Shown here piece by piece: positions 38,832 through 51,300 of a stretch of 64,000 nucleotides of DNA. A program made the translations under genes and the position numbers. The notes under the pieces were generated by a model. It was given only the letters and a program-made list of their open reading frames with translations. It had not been told where the DNA came from and ran no database searches. The stretch is from Phoronis australis (Eukaryota > Animalia > Phoronida): contig NMRA01000251.1 in the NCBI GenBank assembly GCA_002633005.1, positions 60,486 to 124,485 of the forward strand, read 5' to 3'. Every line of letters begins with the position of its first letter. Positions within the stretch are counted from its first letter, which is position 1.

Positions 38832-40390
38832 TACTTGGCGAAATAAATTTCGCCAAGTATATTGCTCTGACACTATGTTTGTTTTTGTTTTTTTTTTTTT
38901 TTTTGTTTGTTCGCACGATACANNNNNNNNNNNNNNNNNNNNNNNNNNNNNNNNNNNNNNNNNNNNNNNNNNNNNNNNNNNNNNNNNNNNNNNNNNNNNN
39001 NNNNNNNNNNNNNNNNNNNNNNNNNNNNNNNNNNNNNNNNNNNNNNNNNNNNNNNNNNNNNNNNNNNNNNNNNNNNNNNNNNNNNNNNNNNNNNNNNNNN
39101 NNNNNNNNNNNNNNNNNNNNNNNNNNNNNNNNNNNNNNNNNNNNNNNNNNNNNNNNNNNNNNNNNNNNNNNNNNNNNNNNNNNNNNNNNNNNNNNNNNNN
39201 NNNNNNNNNNNNNNNNNNNNNNNNNNNNNNNNNNNNNNNNNNNNNNNNNNNNNNNNNNNNNNNNNNNNNNNNNNNNNNNNNNNNNNNNNNNNNNNNNNNN
39301 NNNNNNNNNNNNNNNNNNNNNNNNNNNNNNNNNNNNNNNNNNNNNNNNNNNNNNNNNNNNNNNNNNNNNNNNNNNNNNNNNNNNNNNNNNNNNNNNNNNN
39401 NNNNNNNNNNNNNNNNNNNNNNNNNNNNNNNNNNNNNNNNNNNNNNNNNNNNNNNNNNNNNNNNNNNNNNNNNNNNNNNNNNNNNNNNNNNNNNNNNNNN
39501 NNNNNNNNNNNNNNNNNNNNNNNNNNNNNNNNNNNNNNNNNNNNNNNNNNNNNNNNNNNNNNNNNNNNNNNNNNNNNNNNNNNNNNNNNNNNNNNNNNNN
39601 NNNNNNNNNNNNNNNNNNNNNNNNNNNNNNNNNNNNNNNNNNNNNNNNNNNNNNNNNNNNNNNNNNNNNNNNNNNNNNNNNNNNNNNNNNNNNNNNNNNN
39701 NNNNNNNNNNNNNNNNNNNNNNNNNNNNNNNNNNNNNNTTTTTTGCATGTAGATTCTTTGAAGTATTACCTTTCAAATGGCCTGTAACAATTTTTCTCTC
39801 AGACTTACCGTTTTCGAGTTATTTGACTTTGACATTCTTAAAAAAACGCAAAATTTCATTTTTTTCGAAAAATTTACGGAATTAGGCGATACCATCAGTT
39901 TAGATAGAGCTTTGAACGGGCTTTCAGAAGATGCTTTTTATTTTTCTCTACGACGTCTACTTTTCGAGTTATTTGAGATTTTGTGATAACGCTGCTCCTT
40001 TGTTGAGCGCTCTTGCTGCATTCAGGTTGGTTTAGCTTCTATTGAACTAGACTGCAGCCTATTTCTTAATGATTTATGACATCTAAATTCGTCATATGAA
40101 TGTTATGATGTTCTTCATCATGGCCACCACCGTCATCATATTCGTCATCATCGTCATCATCTTCGTCATCATCTCCGTCGTTGTCTTTTCCGTTAATTTC
40201 GCCAAGTGTCGCTCAAGACTATAGCCTTTTTCTTACTGATTTCAGACTTCTACGTTCGTCATGTGTATGTTATTATTACTTCTTTTGTTCATCTTCGCCA
40301 CCATCGTCGTCATATTCGTCATCATCTTTATCGTCATCTTTTTGGTTAATTTCGCCAAGTTTCGCTCCTCAGAGCGCTTTCATTTTTTTA
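38832..40390 (+). mobile_element. Helentron/HINE (DINE-1-like) non-autonomous element spanning the assembly gap
   Basis: 5' palindrome TACTTGGCGAAAT-AA-ATTTCGCCAAGTA, repeated ttttcgagttatttga internal motifs, a (CAT/CGT)n microsatellite, then a 3' subTIR TTCGCCAAGT, hairpin CGCTC-ctca-GAGCG and a T-run. Confidence 0.6.
38923..39738. other. Assembly gap (816 N)
   Basis: Run of N in the sequence. Confidence 1.
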
Positions 40391-43300
40391 TTACTTGTTT
40401 GTGTAAGCATTGCTCATCCAGTCAAATTGTTCCTGAGGGGCTGCAATTGTAAATCGGGGACTGTATCGAAGCCACACAGATAATTGACTCGGCGTGGCTC
40501 TTCCTACCAATTTTTTACATTTCCTAAAGATAGTCTTGTAGAGTACGATAAAAAGTTTAGATATCAATAATTGCAATAACTGTACTTTTTTAACTTTCGA
40601 CGTCTTTAGTTCTTCATTAAAAATGCTCACAATTTTTTTATTTAAACATATTGTCTGAAAGTGGCTACTACCGCTCTACAATTCCGCACATTCTAAATTT
40701 TCTGGTATACAATTCCAGACAGATAAAGGCACATTGCATATTGATCGTGGAATAACTTCTCCACCATACTGTGTTATAAATAGGTCAGATTTAATTGTGC
40801 CACAGGGTTTTGTGCAGTGGAAATAGTGCTTACTACTACATACGTAGTAGCAAGCACGTATTCCTTCACAGTACCTCCTACATTAATTTTCTAAAAGTTA
40901 CCCACAGTGTCATGAAAAACACCTAATTCTACCCACGCTCTCTATAGCGAAACAAGACTATCTCAACAAAATGTCAAGAGTTTTATGATGGAGGCCATCA
41001 ACACCATGTGGTGCTTCTGCTCATTATAAAGCAACAAGGAAATATTGTGGAGCAGCTTTATTAAAACCAAATCAACACCAAACAGCTGGAAAACAGTAAG
41101 TCATGGGAAAGTAACAAACATGTGGACTATGACCCCTGTAACCTAGGTAACAGGGTGTAAGTCACATGTTGTGTGAAGGAAGTATGTATATATTATATTT
41201 TATTGACTGTGGACTCAGTGTGACATGAATCAGACAAGCACCAGTTAAATAAAGGCAGTACATGACAGTCTAACAATGCATTTATAGCACCAGTTGGCAA
41301 TAGGAAGTGTGGTTTATAGCGTAGCTGGATCTGAGCAGAATTCTGACAATAATAGTCAACCTAAGAAATTGGCAGATGCCCAACTACAGAGATGCCGCAA
41401 GCTATGTGCATTTGCCTGCAATAATGCCAGTCTTTACAATTCAGAGACTATACACCTGGTTTAGATTCTAAGGTCATCCCTGTTCCCCAAAATTCAGGGT
41501 TAAATATTTGACTCCAAGATTTGACCTGACTCTGACTTAAGCCACATTTCCACCATCAATACAGCTGACCTGCCAATCATCAGGAAATGTGATATTTCAA
41601 GGACAATGATTTGAGCCCTCATCTAAAGCACACAGGAATACAATAGGCAATTCATATGCTTCACTCATTTAATATCAAACAATTTTTAGGAAATTTTCAA
41701 TTATTTGCAGTAGCGTAATCAATCAAAAATGTAAAAATGACAACTTTGGGAATTATTTTTTTGTAAAAAAGCGGATACTAGTACTTAATTAACAATCAGT
41801 CCATATGTGACCATTATGTTCAGTAGACAGACCATTCTACATTCCAACATCATTCCAATTATTTTGCAAATGTAAGAAAATACATTGCATCCCGGGCTTC
41901 AAAAAGTAAAGCCTCTAACTGTGACATTAGCAATCTGAGTCAGACTAGCAAAGAATGTTTTATCGCGTGTCATAATTATTCATCATGTTCAGTGAATTTT
42001 TATTTCTTTCGGCTAGACAACAATGGGCCATAAGCGCCCGATGCGCAACGTTGCATGTGAAAAATTGCAAGATCAGAGGGTGCTGACATAATATTCTGGG
42101 AAATGGTTATTCAGATTATTCACCTGATTAATGCATTGAAGAATATGCATATTTAGTGTGTGTCAAGAAGTAACTAAAGGTTGTAACAGGCCAGTTTCAA
42201 GAAGGACTCACTCACAAGGTTGTCTGTGATAATTTTGATTGAGGGAACCCCCCCCCCCATTTCCATGTGCAATGCTTCAAGGAGCCAAAATTAACGGTTT
42301 GCAGAAGTGATTCTAACCTTGGAGGAATTTTTAACCATTGGAAATGCTATGTTTGGACCTGATGAGTGAAAATTTTCATGGCTTTTAAATATCTTCCACA
42401 CAAAAAGAAAGCCGAAGTTCGGCCCCAAAATTGATGCATCAAAAGCCTTGGCACCACAAAACAATCGTAAAATTCTTGACATAATCTCAATGTTGTGTTC
42501 GTACATCAGACAGTCTGTAGGTTATGTCATTCATTTCTCAATATTAATAATTTACATGAGCACAATTTGCCTTGGTATTATTGAGCTAGCTAATCACTGA
42601 CTCTGGACTTAGGTAATTACACCATAAGTGTGCAGGAGTCTTGTAGCTAAAACTATCTCATTTATATTCACTGAGCCTCAAACATATAAACAAGAAAAGT
42701 AACTGTAAACATCAATCTGGTTTTCTTTCTTGCAAGTAAACCAGGGTGCCAAGTCTTTGAGGGGTAAGATGCCTGTCTGGGACAGGTAGGTCATGAGAAG
42801 CATATTGTCATACCCACTGGCCTGGCGGCAACTACTTTCAGCAATCTATGATTTGGAGTTCCAGTATAGAAAAAAGACAGGGATTACCTAAAGGAGAAAT
42901 GGACACCACTGAAAGTTACAATTGCTAGTAAAGCTATAAACTGATGGTCCCCATAGAAAAAGCAAAAAGCAATACATTTCCCTAGCCACTGAAAAGCGGA
43001 CGAGTGTTGTTCCAGAACGTGTGAATTCCTCGATTTATTCACTTATAAGTCCATTTGCTAAAACAAAACCTAGTAAACATGTCTAGAAATGGTAACCTCT
43101 GAATTAAGAAAATAAACTATGATTACTCTTGTTTTGACAATCCAAACATGACAAAATAAATTGTAAAATAGTTTGTAAGAGTATGGCCGGAAAATGGACA
43201 TTTTAAGCACGTGGCCAAGTGAATTGCGCCGGTGATAGGAATTAGAAATTTAAGTAAAAGCTGCCTTTTAGTTCACACCAATGTTTATTGTCAATTTTTT

Positions 43301-44297
43301 ATTCGGCTGGTGAAAATGCTTTGGGGTTTAAAAACATCACCTCATTCATGCAATTTTGAATCAGTTGCCCAAATAGCAGGCAACTAAAGTCAAGCAAGCA
43401 CCATTTTCGATTCTGCAATTTTATGATTGGTCAACCCAAATAATCTTCGAGGCATTTTCTTGAGTCTGTGATGGTTTCCATGTTCTTGTTGGCATCGGAA
43501 ACTCTCATGACAAGGAATATTTTGAGATCTCTTTGCTTAAAGTAAAAAGCTTAAACTGTGATCTTCATTTTTGAAAGCTACACAGGGGCATCAGGGTGAA
43601 ATGCAAAGGATCACAGAAAACGATTTCAAACAGGTTATTGGCGGATAGAAACGAGAGCTATATACATATAACTGTATTGTTTGCTCCGGATTACAACTTG
43701 AATGCGCTTTCACTAACACCTTATAGCAGACAACTTTCAGTCGCTAGGTTACCCAGGAGCATCGCCCAGCCCATGCCAATATTAATTAAGCCTAGGTCAG
43801 TCTCTGATTACTGAATACAGACATTGGTACCTATCACACTGACACTGTTCTAAGAATAGCTTTTCTAAAGAAAAGAATGCGTGTGTTTTATTCCAAACAC
43901 TAATATCAGAAATTCTTAGTTCAAATGAGGACAAAGAAAACTTGTGGTTATGAGTCACGGCTGTAATTTCCAAACAGCGCCAACTGCCCCAGTGGCCGAA
44001 CTGGATCACTGCCAACACGGCAACAGCAAGTGAGCCGAGTCGTGTCGAATTTTCGTGACGACTCATTATCCATTCGTTGGGGAAGTGAGACGGAGGGTGA
44101 ACCAATGCCAATTTTCAACATACCTGGTATATTTTTAAAGTTGCATAACAAGCTGGACCACGATTTGACGGAAAACTCCCTGAAACGGTAACGGCTGGGT
44201 CACAATCGTGACCGCTGATCAGCTGGCTAAGTCAAACAATGAGAGTGATAAGAGACGAACTTTGACTTTTGAACGGGAAGTGCCGGGTTGTTTTTAC

Positions 44298-44740
44298 CTC
44301 AAACCATAAAGAGTTACTTCTTGGCAATGACTGCTCCTTTGTTAAAATCGATATTTCCAGTCGGACTCCGAGTTTTAGTTGCCTCCTAGACCTCTTCGCT
44401 CAGGGGCGATGCAGTATTTTCCGAGCTTCAGTTGTCACGGCTTTTCTGCAAAAACAATCTGAGTTGTTAAAAACTGAGGGGTTCCCCATTTTATTCCTCA
44501 CTCAAATCAGTTTCAGAGAATCTGGCTAGTGTCGTCTAAATGGCTAGCTGCTACTCCGCCGCGAGTCGGGGTCGGGTCTTTCTCTTGGTGTAAAGTCAAA
44601 AAAATTGCTGGTACTGCGTTCGTGCAGAAGGATTGCGCACTTTGGGATCAAATTTCAAGACTGCGTTATCGATTAACGCGACAGGGTGTTTTCCTCTCTT
44701 TTGTTGTCGTTTTTTATTTCAGTACATATTACGCTGTTTG
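44298..44740 (-). promoter_or_regulatory. Candidate non-coding first exon / promoter region of RMDN
   Basis: CpG-richer patch ending in a minus-strand donor GAG|gtaaaa at 44297. The RMDN ATG exon (35328-35172) has its own acceptor (ctcactag), which implies an upstream UTR exon. Inference only. Confidence 0.3.
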
Positions 44741-44779
44741 CGGAGATTTTTCCTTTTCTCCAAAATAAATAAAACTCAG

Positions 44780-46395
44780 ATAAAACATTTATTAATCCAA
44801 CCAACCAGAACATAGTTTTAGAGCAATATGAAATCTAGTCAAGTACATCAAAAAGATCAGAAACGATTATCGGACCCTATAAAAGCTAATACCCCCCCGT
44901 AAAAATGACCGGCTTAGCATTTTGCACCTTTTGCCTATGTATATGAAATTTCGCTACGCAAAAAATAATTTACAACTTCCAGTCTATAGGCTGGCATTCC
45001 AAACAAGGCGGTAGACATATTTAACTGCAGAGGGAAATCGCACTGGTTTATCATCCATAGTGTTTGTAAACATCCCTAAAATTTCGGAGCAAGTGCCAAC
45101 ATCCCCAATACAAATGTAGATTTGATTCTTCGTGTTGCTCACAGAAAGAACACAAAGACGATTCACCAACACCTATTTTGTTTAAGTAACAGTTTGTACC
45201 GCCAATAAGTCTGTGGTGGATACGAAATTGAAGCCATCTGAGTTTGACATCGAAAGTACAAAAAGTTATAGAATGAATTGTTTTTCCAAGACTGAGTATC
45301 ACCGACCAAACTAATTTCTCTCTCCCACTTCGGTTCCGCGACAGGTTTTTCATACGATTTGGAAAGAAATAAATGATAGGTTTTTCCCGTCCCTGTATTT
45401 TCCGAGGATATTCGAAAAACATGTTCTGGAAAAAGCGTAATACGATTCCATGAACAAAGTATAGACCTTCGAATTCAGTCCACTAACATGAGTAATACAA
45501 GGGCAAAATTGAAAATGTGTACAAAAGGTATGGCAATCATAAATGTATCTCTGATCTGGGTCAATTAAATCGTACACGTATCGTATACCCTTTTGAAACC
45601 AGTCGTTCCAAATATTGGACTACCGTCTATACAAATTTTGGGGTTATACCACAATGGTTGGTACAAATGGTCATCTATATCACTCAGATTGATCAATTCG
45701 AATAAGATATAAAAATATCCTTCCAAAAATATTCTCAATATAATTAGTTTCTTGAAGGAAAAAACAAGACCCTAATTGAAAAGAATCATTTTTTATAATA
45801 AGAATGGTTTCACATAAAACATTTAGGCAAGTGAAAGCATTGTTATAATAACTTTTGAAGAATCTCCAAATCCAAGTCAGTTAAATAGCTTTCACAAATG
45901 ACGCATTATGGACCATATTTCCACCTCCAACTTCAGTTTTCTGTACCATGATCTTTCTAAGGATTCTATCAATAGAGGTAACCCACATATAATCAAAAAA
46001 TAATTTTCAATGTCCTTTAAAAAGTAGCACTTGGAAAGGAAGTGTGTAAAAGAGTTGAATCAGTTTTGGCAGTAAAAAAGATTTGACAACCGTTATCTTA
46101 CCAAAGGTGGTTAAATTTTTTGTCCATTTTTTAATACACCTTCTAATCGCGTTCAATTTTATGTGGTAGTTAAAATGAATCATGTCCTGTAAGTTGACAG
46201 AGAAGGTAATTCCAAGGGATGTAAACTGGGAATTTTCCCATTTTAAATCTTTTTCACAGCAGAGTTTATCACCACAGCATATCTTGGAACCAATCCATAT
46301 AGGCAAACAGTTTTATCGATATTGAGAGTCAAGAAACCAGAATATTTAGCAAATTGATCAATATGGTTAAGTGATGATTTTAAGGAGGTATCCGA
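44780..46395 (-). mobile_element. 5'-truncated, decayed L1/Tx1-clade non-LTR retrotransposon (end of RT plus C-terminal zf-RVT)
   Basis: Frame-broken peptides SLNHIDQFAKYSG..LNIDKT, WIGS, LGITFS..L...NY..KL..I...IKKW.KNLTTFGKITVVKSFLLPKL, and LRWLQFRIHHRLI..TN.YL.KIG...SSLCSFC....ES..HLYWGC. A minus-strand AATAAA lies near 44790. Confidence 0.88.
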
Positions 46396-46689
46396 TTGCT
46401 TCTCAGTCAAAACAAGCTCAGTGAGTATGTCTGACTTGCCAACTGGATATAAATGATAATCGGGCTGACTTGTCAAGTCAGAGTGGTGGACAGGCAGCTT
46501 CATTCAGTGACTAAGACCGCCCAGAAACAATTATGCATTGCTTAGCGTAAATGTTTCGCTCAACTGAGAAGATCAGAAGTGCAGAGCAGTTGGAACTCTT
46601 TCCTGATTTTCCTGTTCTCGTTTGTACCGTATGGATTGTTCGATGACTGAAACTATGGACTGTGTTCTGGGGTGTATGCCTAAATTTCG

Positions 46690-46850
46690 TTCAGTAGCGG
46701 AACCGTATCTCCCTGACCTCTAGATCTTCACCAAACGCCTTGCAAGGCCACCCATGCCGGGGAGATCGAAAGGTAGACCGCCAGACGAAATAATGCACTT
46801 ACAACGCTCTGTAGCTTGGTCAGACTAGGGTTGGGCGTAAGGCCAAATCA
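46690..46850 (+). mobile_element. Remnant resembling the 5' region of RTE-clade LINEs
   Basis: ggccacccatgccggggagatcgaaaggtagaccgccagacgaa...gggttgggcgtaaggccaa resembles, from memory, the 5' UTR of RTE-type elements. No ORF follows. Confidence 0.35.
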
Positions 46851-48382
46851 TTGTTCGTTGGCGACAAGTCATCTACAAAAAGGACAACTCGGCGATTAAA
46901 CCTTGGGAGTTTGGGCTCATCAGCTAGGGACAGCATACACCAATAAAGCAACGAGTTGCGACAAAGACGGAGCACGTTGCCGGGTTTTAATTTACTTAAT
47001 GACAGACCTTCTGTACAGGTATCACCAATCCTGCTCAGCATGCGAACGCAGAGTACCGAAGAAGTGAGAAAGTGGAAGTTCAAAGCAAAAAAAAAAAACG
47101 CAAGCAACGGGTTATTTAATGGCGCTTACTAAATTTCGTTGGAAATGCCTTGAAAACGGTTGTTGCCATGACTATGCTGATATAAATTACTTAATTGTTA
47201 GAATGAAAAAAATCCTTGAAATAGCACATATTTAGAAGCTTAGCCTTTTCACGAATATCCCTTATCCTGAGAATGCCCCTCGATGACAATAGCTCAGATG
47301 GTTTTATCGGTCTACTCAATTACCAGATAAAGTACTTGACCGATAGCATGACATGTATTATGAAAGCATAACCGATATTATTGAGTGGGAAAAAGAACAA
47401 ACAGAGGCATGGTCGTTATTATGACTGAAAAACGCATTTTTAGTACCATTGCAAGATGGGATAGACGTCTTGCGGTTATTAGCTTTGGTCTGAGCTAAAA
47501 AAAACAACACGTGTTGTGATTTCCTTACAAATCGCCAGTTATCGCCAGTGCCTGCCAATACACGGTTAGTGTTGAAATGAGCTCCAACTGAGCACACGGG
47601 ACATGGCTTAGCAGCAGAGCGTTCGGATTACTGCTAATTTACCTAAAATTACTTTGCTCTCCGAGAAAGTTCCCTTAAAACTCGAGCCATTGAAAAATGA
47701 CGTCAGATTCCGGGTCTAATCTCCGAGCTTAGACTTGGACTCTTCTTAACCAATCAAGTACCACGTTTTCAAACGTTTACATGTACGTATACTCGAAGCT
47801 TGCCATGCCATAGATCGAAAACAGACCCCCGCACCTTCAAAACAGCCAACCAGCCCGAAAAACACGAAACTCGACGTTTAAAACCCAACACCGACCTTTA
47901 AAACTGGAATCCCCGGGGTCGTACAGGAAACCCAGACAATTTTCAAATTTTCTGAGACGATGTCAGTAGCCTCAAACTTTGAAGTAAAGCATCTCCAAGT
48001 ACGTTCAAGTTCTTTTCTGCATTTGTTCAGTGTTAAAAGTTTTCAATAATAAAACGTAACTTACATCATATTGACTTCGCTATTTGAATTTTATCGGTAA
48101 AACTCGTGCAACTAGTCTGCGGGCGAATTTCGACATCATGTCGAAATTATGATCCATTCTCTCAACACGTTATCTCGGTGAATATTTAGTTAATTTCAGA
48201 TCATTCGATAGCTTCTTCAAAAATATTTTCAAAAATCGCTGCTGCCAATTTGGACAATCCTGTACCCTGAAACAAGGTCTCAGTGTTCTGGTAATAGAAG
48301 TCGTAAATGATGAATTTGTAAATACGTTTTTGGAAAAGTAAGACGTATGAAAACTCCGACAAAATTCTTTTTATCATTTTAG

Positions 48383-51300
48383 TCTCATCCCGTGATACCA
48401 TTGGCGTCGTTACCATGCGAGGGCTACACCTATCTCATTGATGTCACCACAGGCTTTTTACCAGGTAATGTGAGAATAGGTATAATTTTGAAAAAAAAAG
48501 TCGTTGAATTCAGTTATTTAATCTCTCACTCGGTCTGGGATAACAGTGAGTTGTTTACCGTAGTCGGGAAGTAGGAGTCTGTTAATTATAAAATCATGTT
48601 CTGATGTTAAAAATTCAACCCTCTTCACAAGTGTAATTTGTACATGTATATGCATACGGCATATCTTTGTTTTGCGACCCCCTCCCCCAGCCGTCCGGCA
48701 AAAATTTGCCTTCTCTCCCCACAATTTTCCCTGAAATTCTCCCCACCCAACTTTTTAACAGGATTGAACCTCCACGTACAGGGTGTAGACCATCTCGACA
48801 TGGGTTCTCACTTGCTAAAGGCGCACATTTGCCGCCTTAGGAAAAAGTAGCATTTTAACAACACACTACTTAGGCGGAGAAAGGACGTAGCAAATCCGTG
48901 AAAAAAAAACATTGTGTTAATTGATATGTAAATGTACGTGTATGTTTACGCGCCGATAGCGCTTCGGCTAGCTCACAGTACCCAGTGCAATCCGGCGTCT
49001 ACTCCTGGGGCAACCCTGACATTCGGATAGGGATTTTTCAGTCGTGCATGCTGTTCATACTCATGCTGACAAGTGTTTACAGGGTGGATTAATCTGAGAA
49101 CAGTAAATTGTCGAGATCAAATCACTCAGTGATTACTGGCTGAACCCTGATGACGGTAATGAGTCATCTTAAGCCAGAAATATAGGTTCTTCTTGACTAG
49201 ACGTGAGTCGGCAATTATTGAATCACGTGTCTGACGATTAAAATGCATCGTAATGGAAGCTGTCACATGGATTACTTGATTTTGAATACTGTCCGACAGT
49301 GTAGCGCAACAAACAAATAAAATATAGTATCAATAAACAGACAGTGGTACATTTGAAAATGAAACTTAGACGGATCCAGGAACGGGTCAAGGGGTCCGGA
49401 ACCCCGGCCTTTTCCGTTACTTTTAGTGAAAACAAATCTAGAATTTTCATGCGTTGACTTGGACCCATTTTTAAAAAATCCTTGATACGACTCCCATTTT
49501 AAAATTCCCGGAACCGCCCCTGTGAAATACAATTTATTGTACTTTATGAAAACCCCATCCAAAACTGTGTATCAAATGGCTTCCGTCTAAGTGCAGGACA
49601 CACCGAAACGATTTTGTATGAAGAACTCAGTCCCCTCAGGAACTCTACACAATCATCAACTGTTCTGGTTTTACACTGCTTAGACGAGAACGTGTACATG
49701 TATTAAGTCACCGGTGTTTCCTTCTAACTGAAGTCAAGAAAAGACTGAGAGGCAACTCTGTGAAACGTATCAAGATGAAGACAGGTAGTAAACCACAACA
49801 AAGAATTGAATTGCGTACCCTGCTTACCAATATTCTCATGTACCTGTAGATGGGTTCGGAAAAAAGTGACGCCGAGAAAACTAATGAGCACTTGTCCCTG
49901 CCAATCCAAATACTAATTTCTAATGATATCAGCAAGAAATCAACAATAAAATTCAAAATCGTCCTTTAATTAGAGTTACATCGAAGCGACGATGCAGGTA
50001 GTCCAGACTGACTCTGGAAATTACTGCTCACACCCCGCAAGAAATGCGCAAGGACATCCGCTGTCGAATAAGGTTATGAATGACTCAGTTTTCCTAACCT
50101 CCCGTACTCCATTAGCACTCTAGAGCTGAGTCGTTTTACGATACCATGCGTTGCATCTCATACGGTCAGTTTGTGGACACCAGAGGCCATTTATATGTCT
50201 GATATGGGAGCCAGGAGCACGCAATATCTTCTTTCCGGCAGTTCACGACTAAATACTTCCACCATGCATTCATGCAAGAATAAAGCATGTCAATATACAA
50301 GGGACAGTGGTGGCCGTGTGCCAGTGATCTGGTGGCTTTCGGTGGTTGCATCGTACAATCACTCAGGTTTCTCAATCATTCCTCTTCGCCCAACAATTGA
50401 CCTTTCGCAAGCTCAACCCTCTTGCGTAATGTCGACTAACAAACAATAAGTTTTTACGTGGAAAGTGTTGTTTGTGGGGTAAAATAGCGGCTTGCTTGGA
50501 AACGAAGGTGTCAATAATGATGCGTTCTAAATGGTCAGTTAAGCCGCCACTCAAATTCCTAGCGATAGGCCAATTTAACAGTTATTTACCTGCTGATGGC
50601 CAAGGGAGCTCAGTTTTTACCTCGCTGACTTGAACTCCGACCTCTATCTGACGTGATCGCAGCGCCCTCGTGTGAGCAAAGTCGCTAAATTACCCCATTT
50701 GAATTGCACGTCACCCAAAAAGAACAAGGTGTTGAGATATATCGTGTATTTACGAAAAAACGAGGCACCTCTTTCCAGAGCCAAGTTCCAGGTTTAACCG
50801 AGCAGAATATTGTGTACGTTTACTTAGACGGTTGACTCGAACCAATGTCCATGCTAGTCAGTGCTTGCCGCACTAAGCTGGCAAGGAGGCGAACTCGGAA
50901 GGCTTCGGTCATTTTTTGTTATAAAGCTAGTCGTTCAAATAATTCTCCATAGATCACTCGATTAAGTCTCGTTTCTTCGTCTGTAACGTCCAAGTTTTCA
51001 CCTGTTTCGTTGTGTCCCAAGTTAGGAAAGCACGCAACATCTTAACGTAGACGTTTCGTTCAGTTACCAAATGTCTTAGGCAGCGCGCTTTATTTATACA
51101 AGTGCTTTCCTATCAACAGACAACGGGACGGACGGCGACTTATGGTTCAAGTTGCTAGGCAAGACCGGCAATTCCCGTTGGTACAGCATCAAGATGTCGG
51201 ACCCCGGCCATGGACCGCCCCCTGTGTTGGAGTTCTCCAGTCGCTACCTGTATCTCATCGCCACCTCGGGTAAGTTGGCTGTGGACGCATGAATGACGTG

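Noticed and set aside
38823-39885. Long ORFs of 281-336 aa in the ORF track
   Set aside because: They are translations of the N gap.
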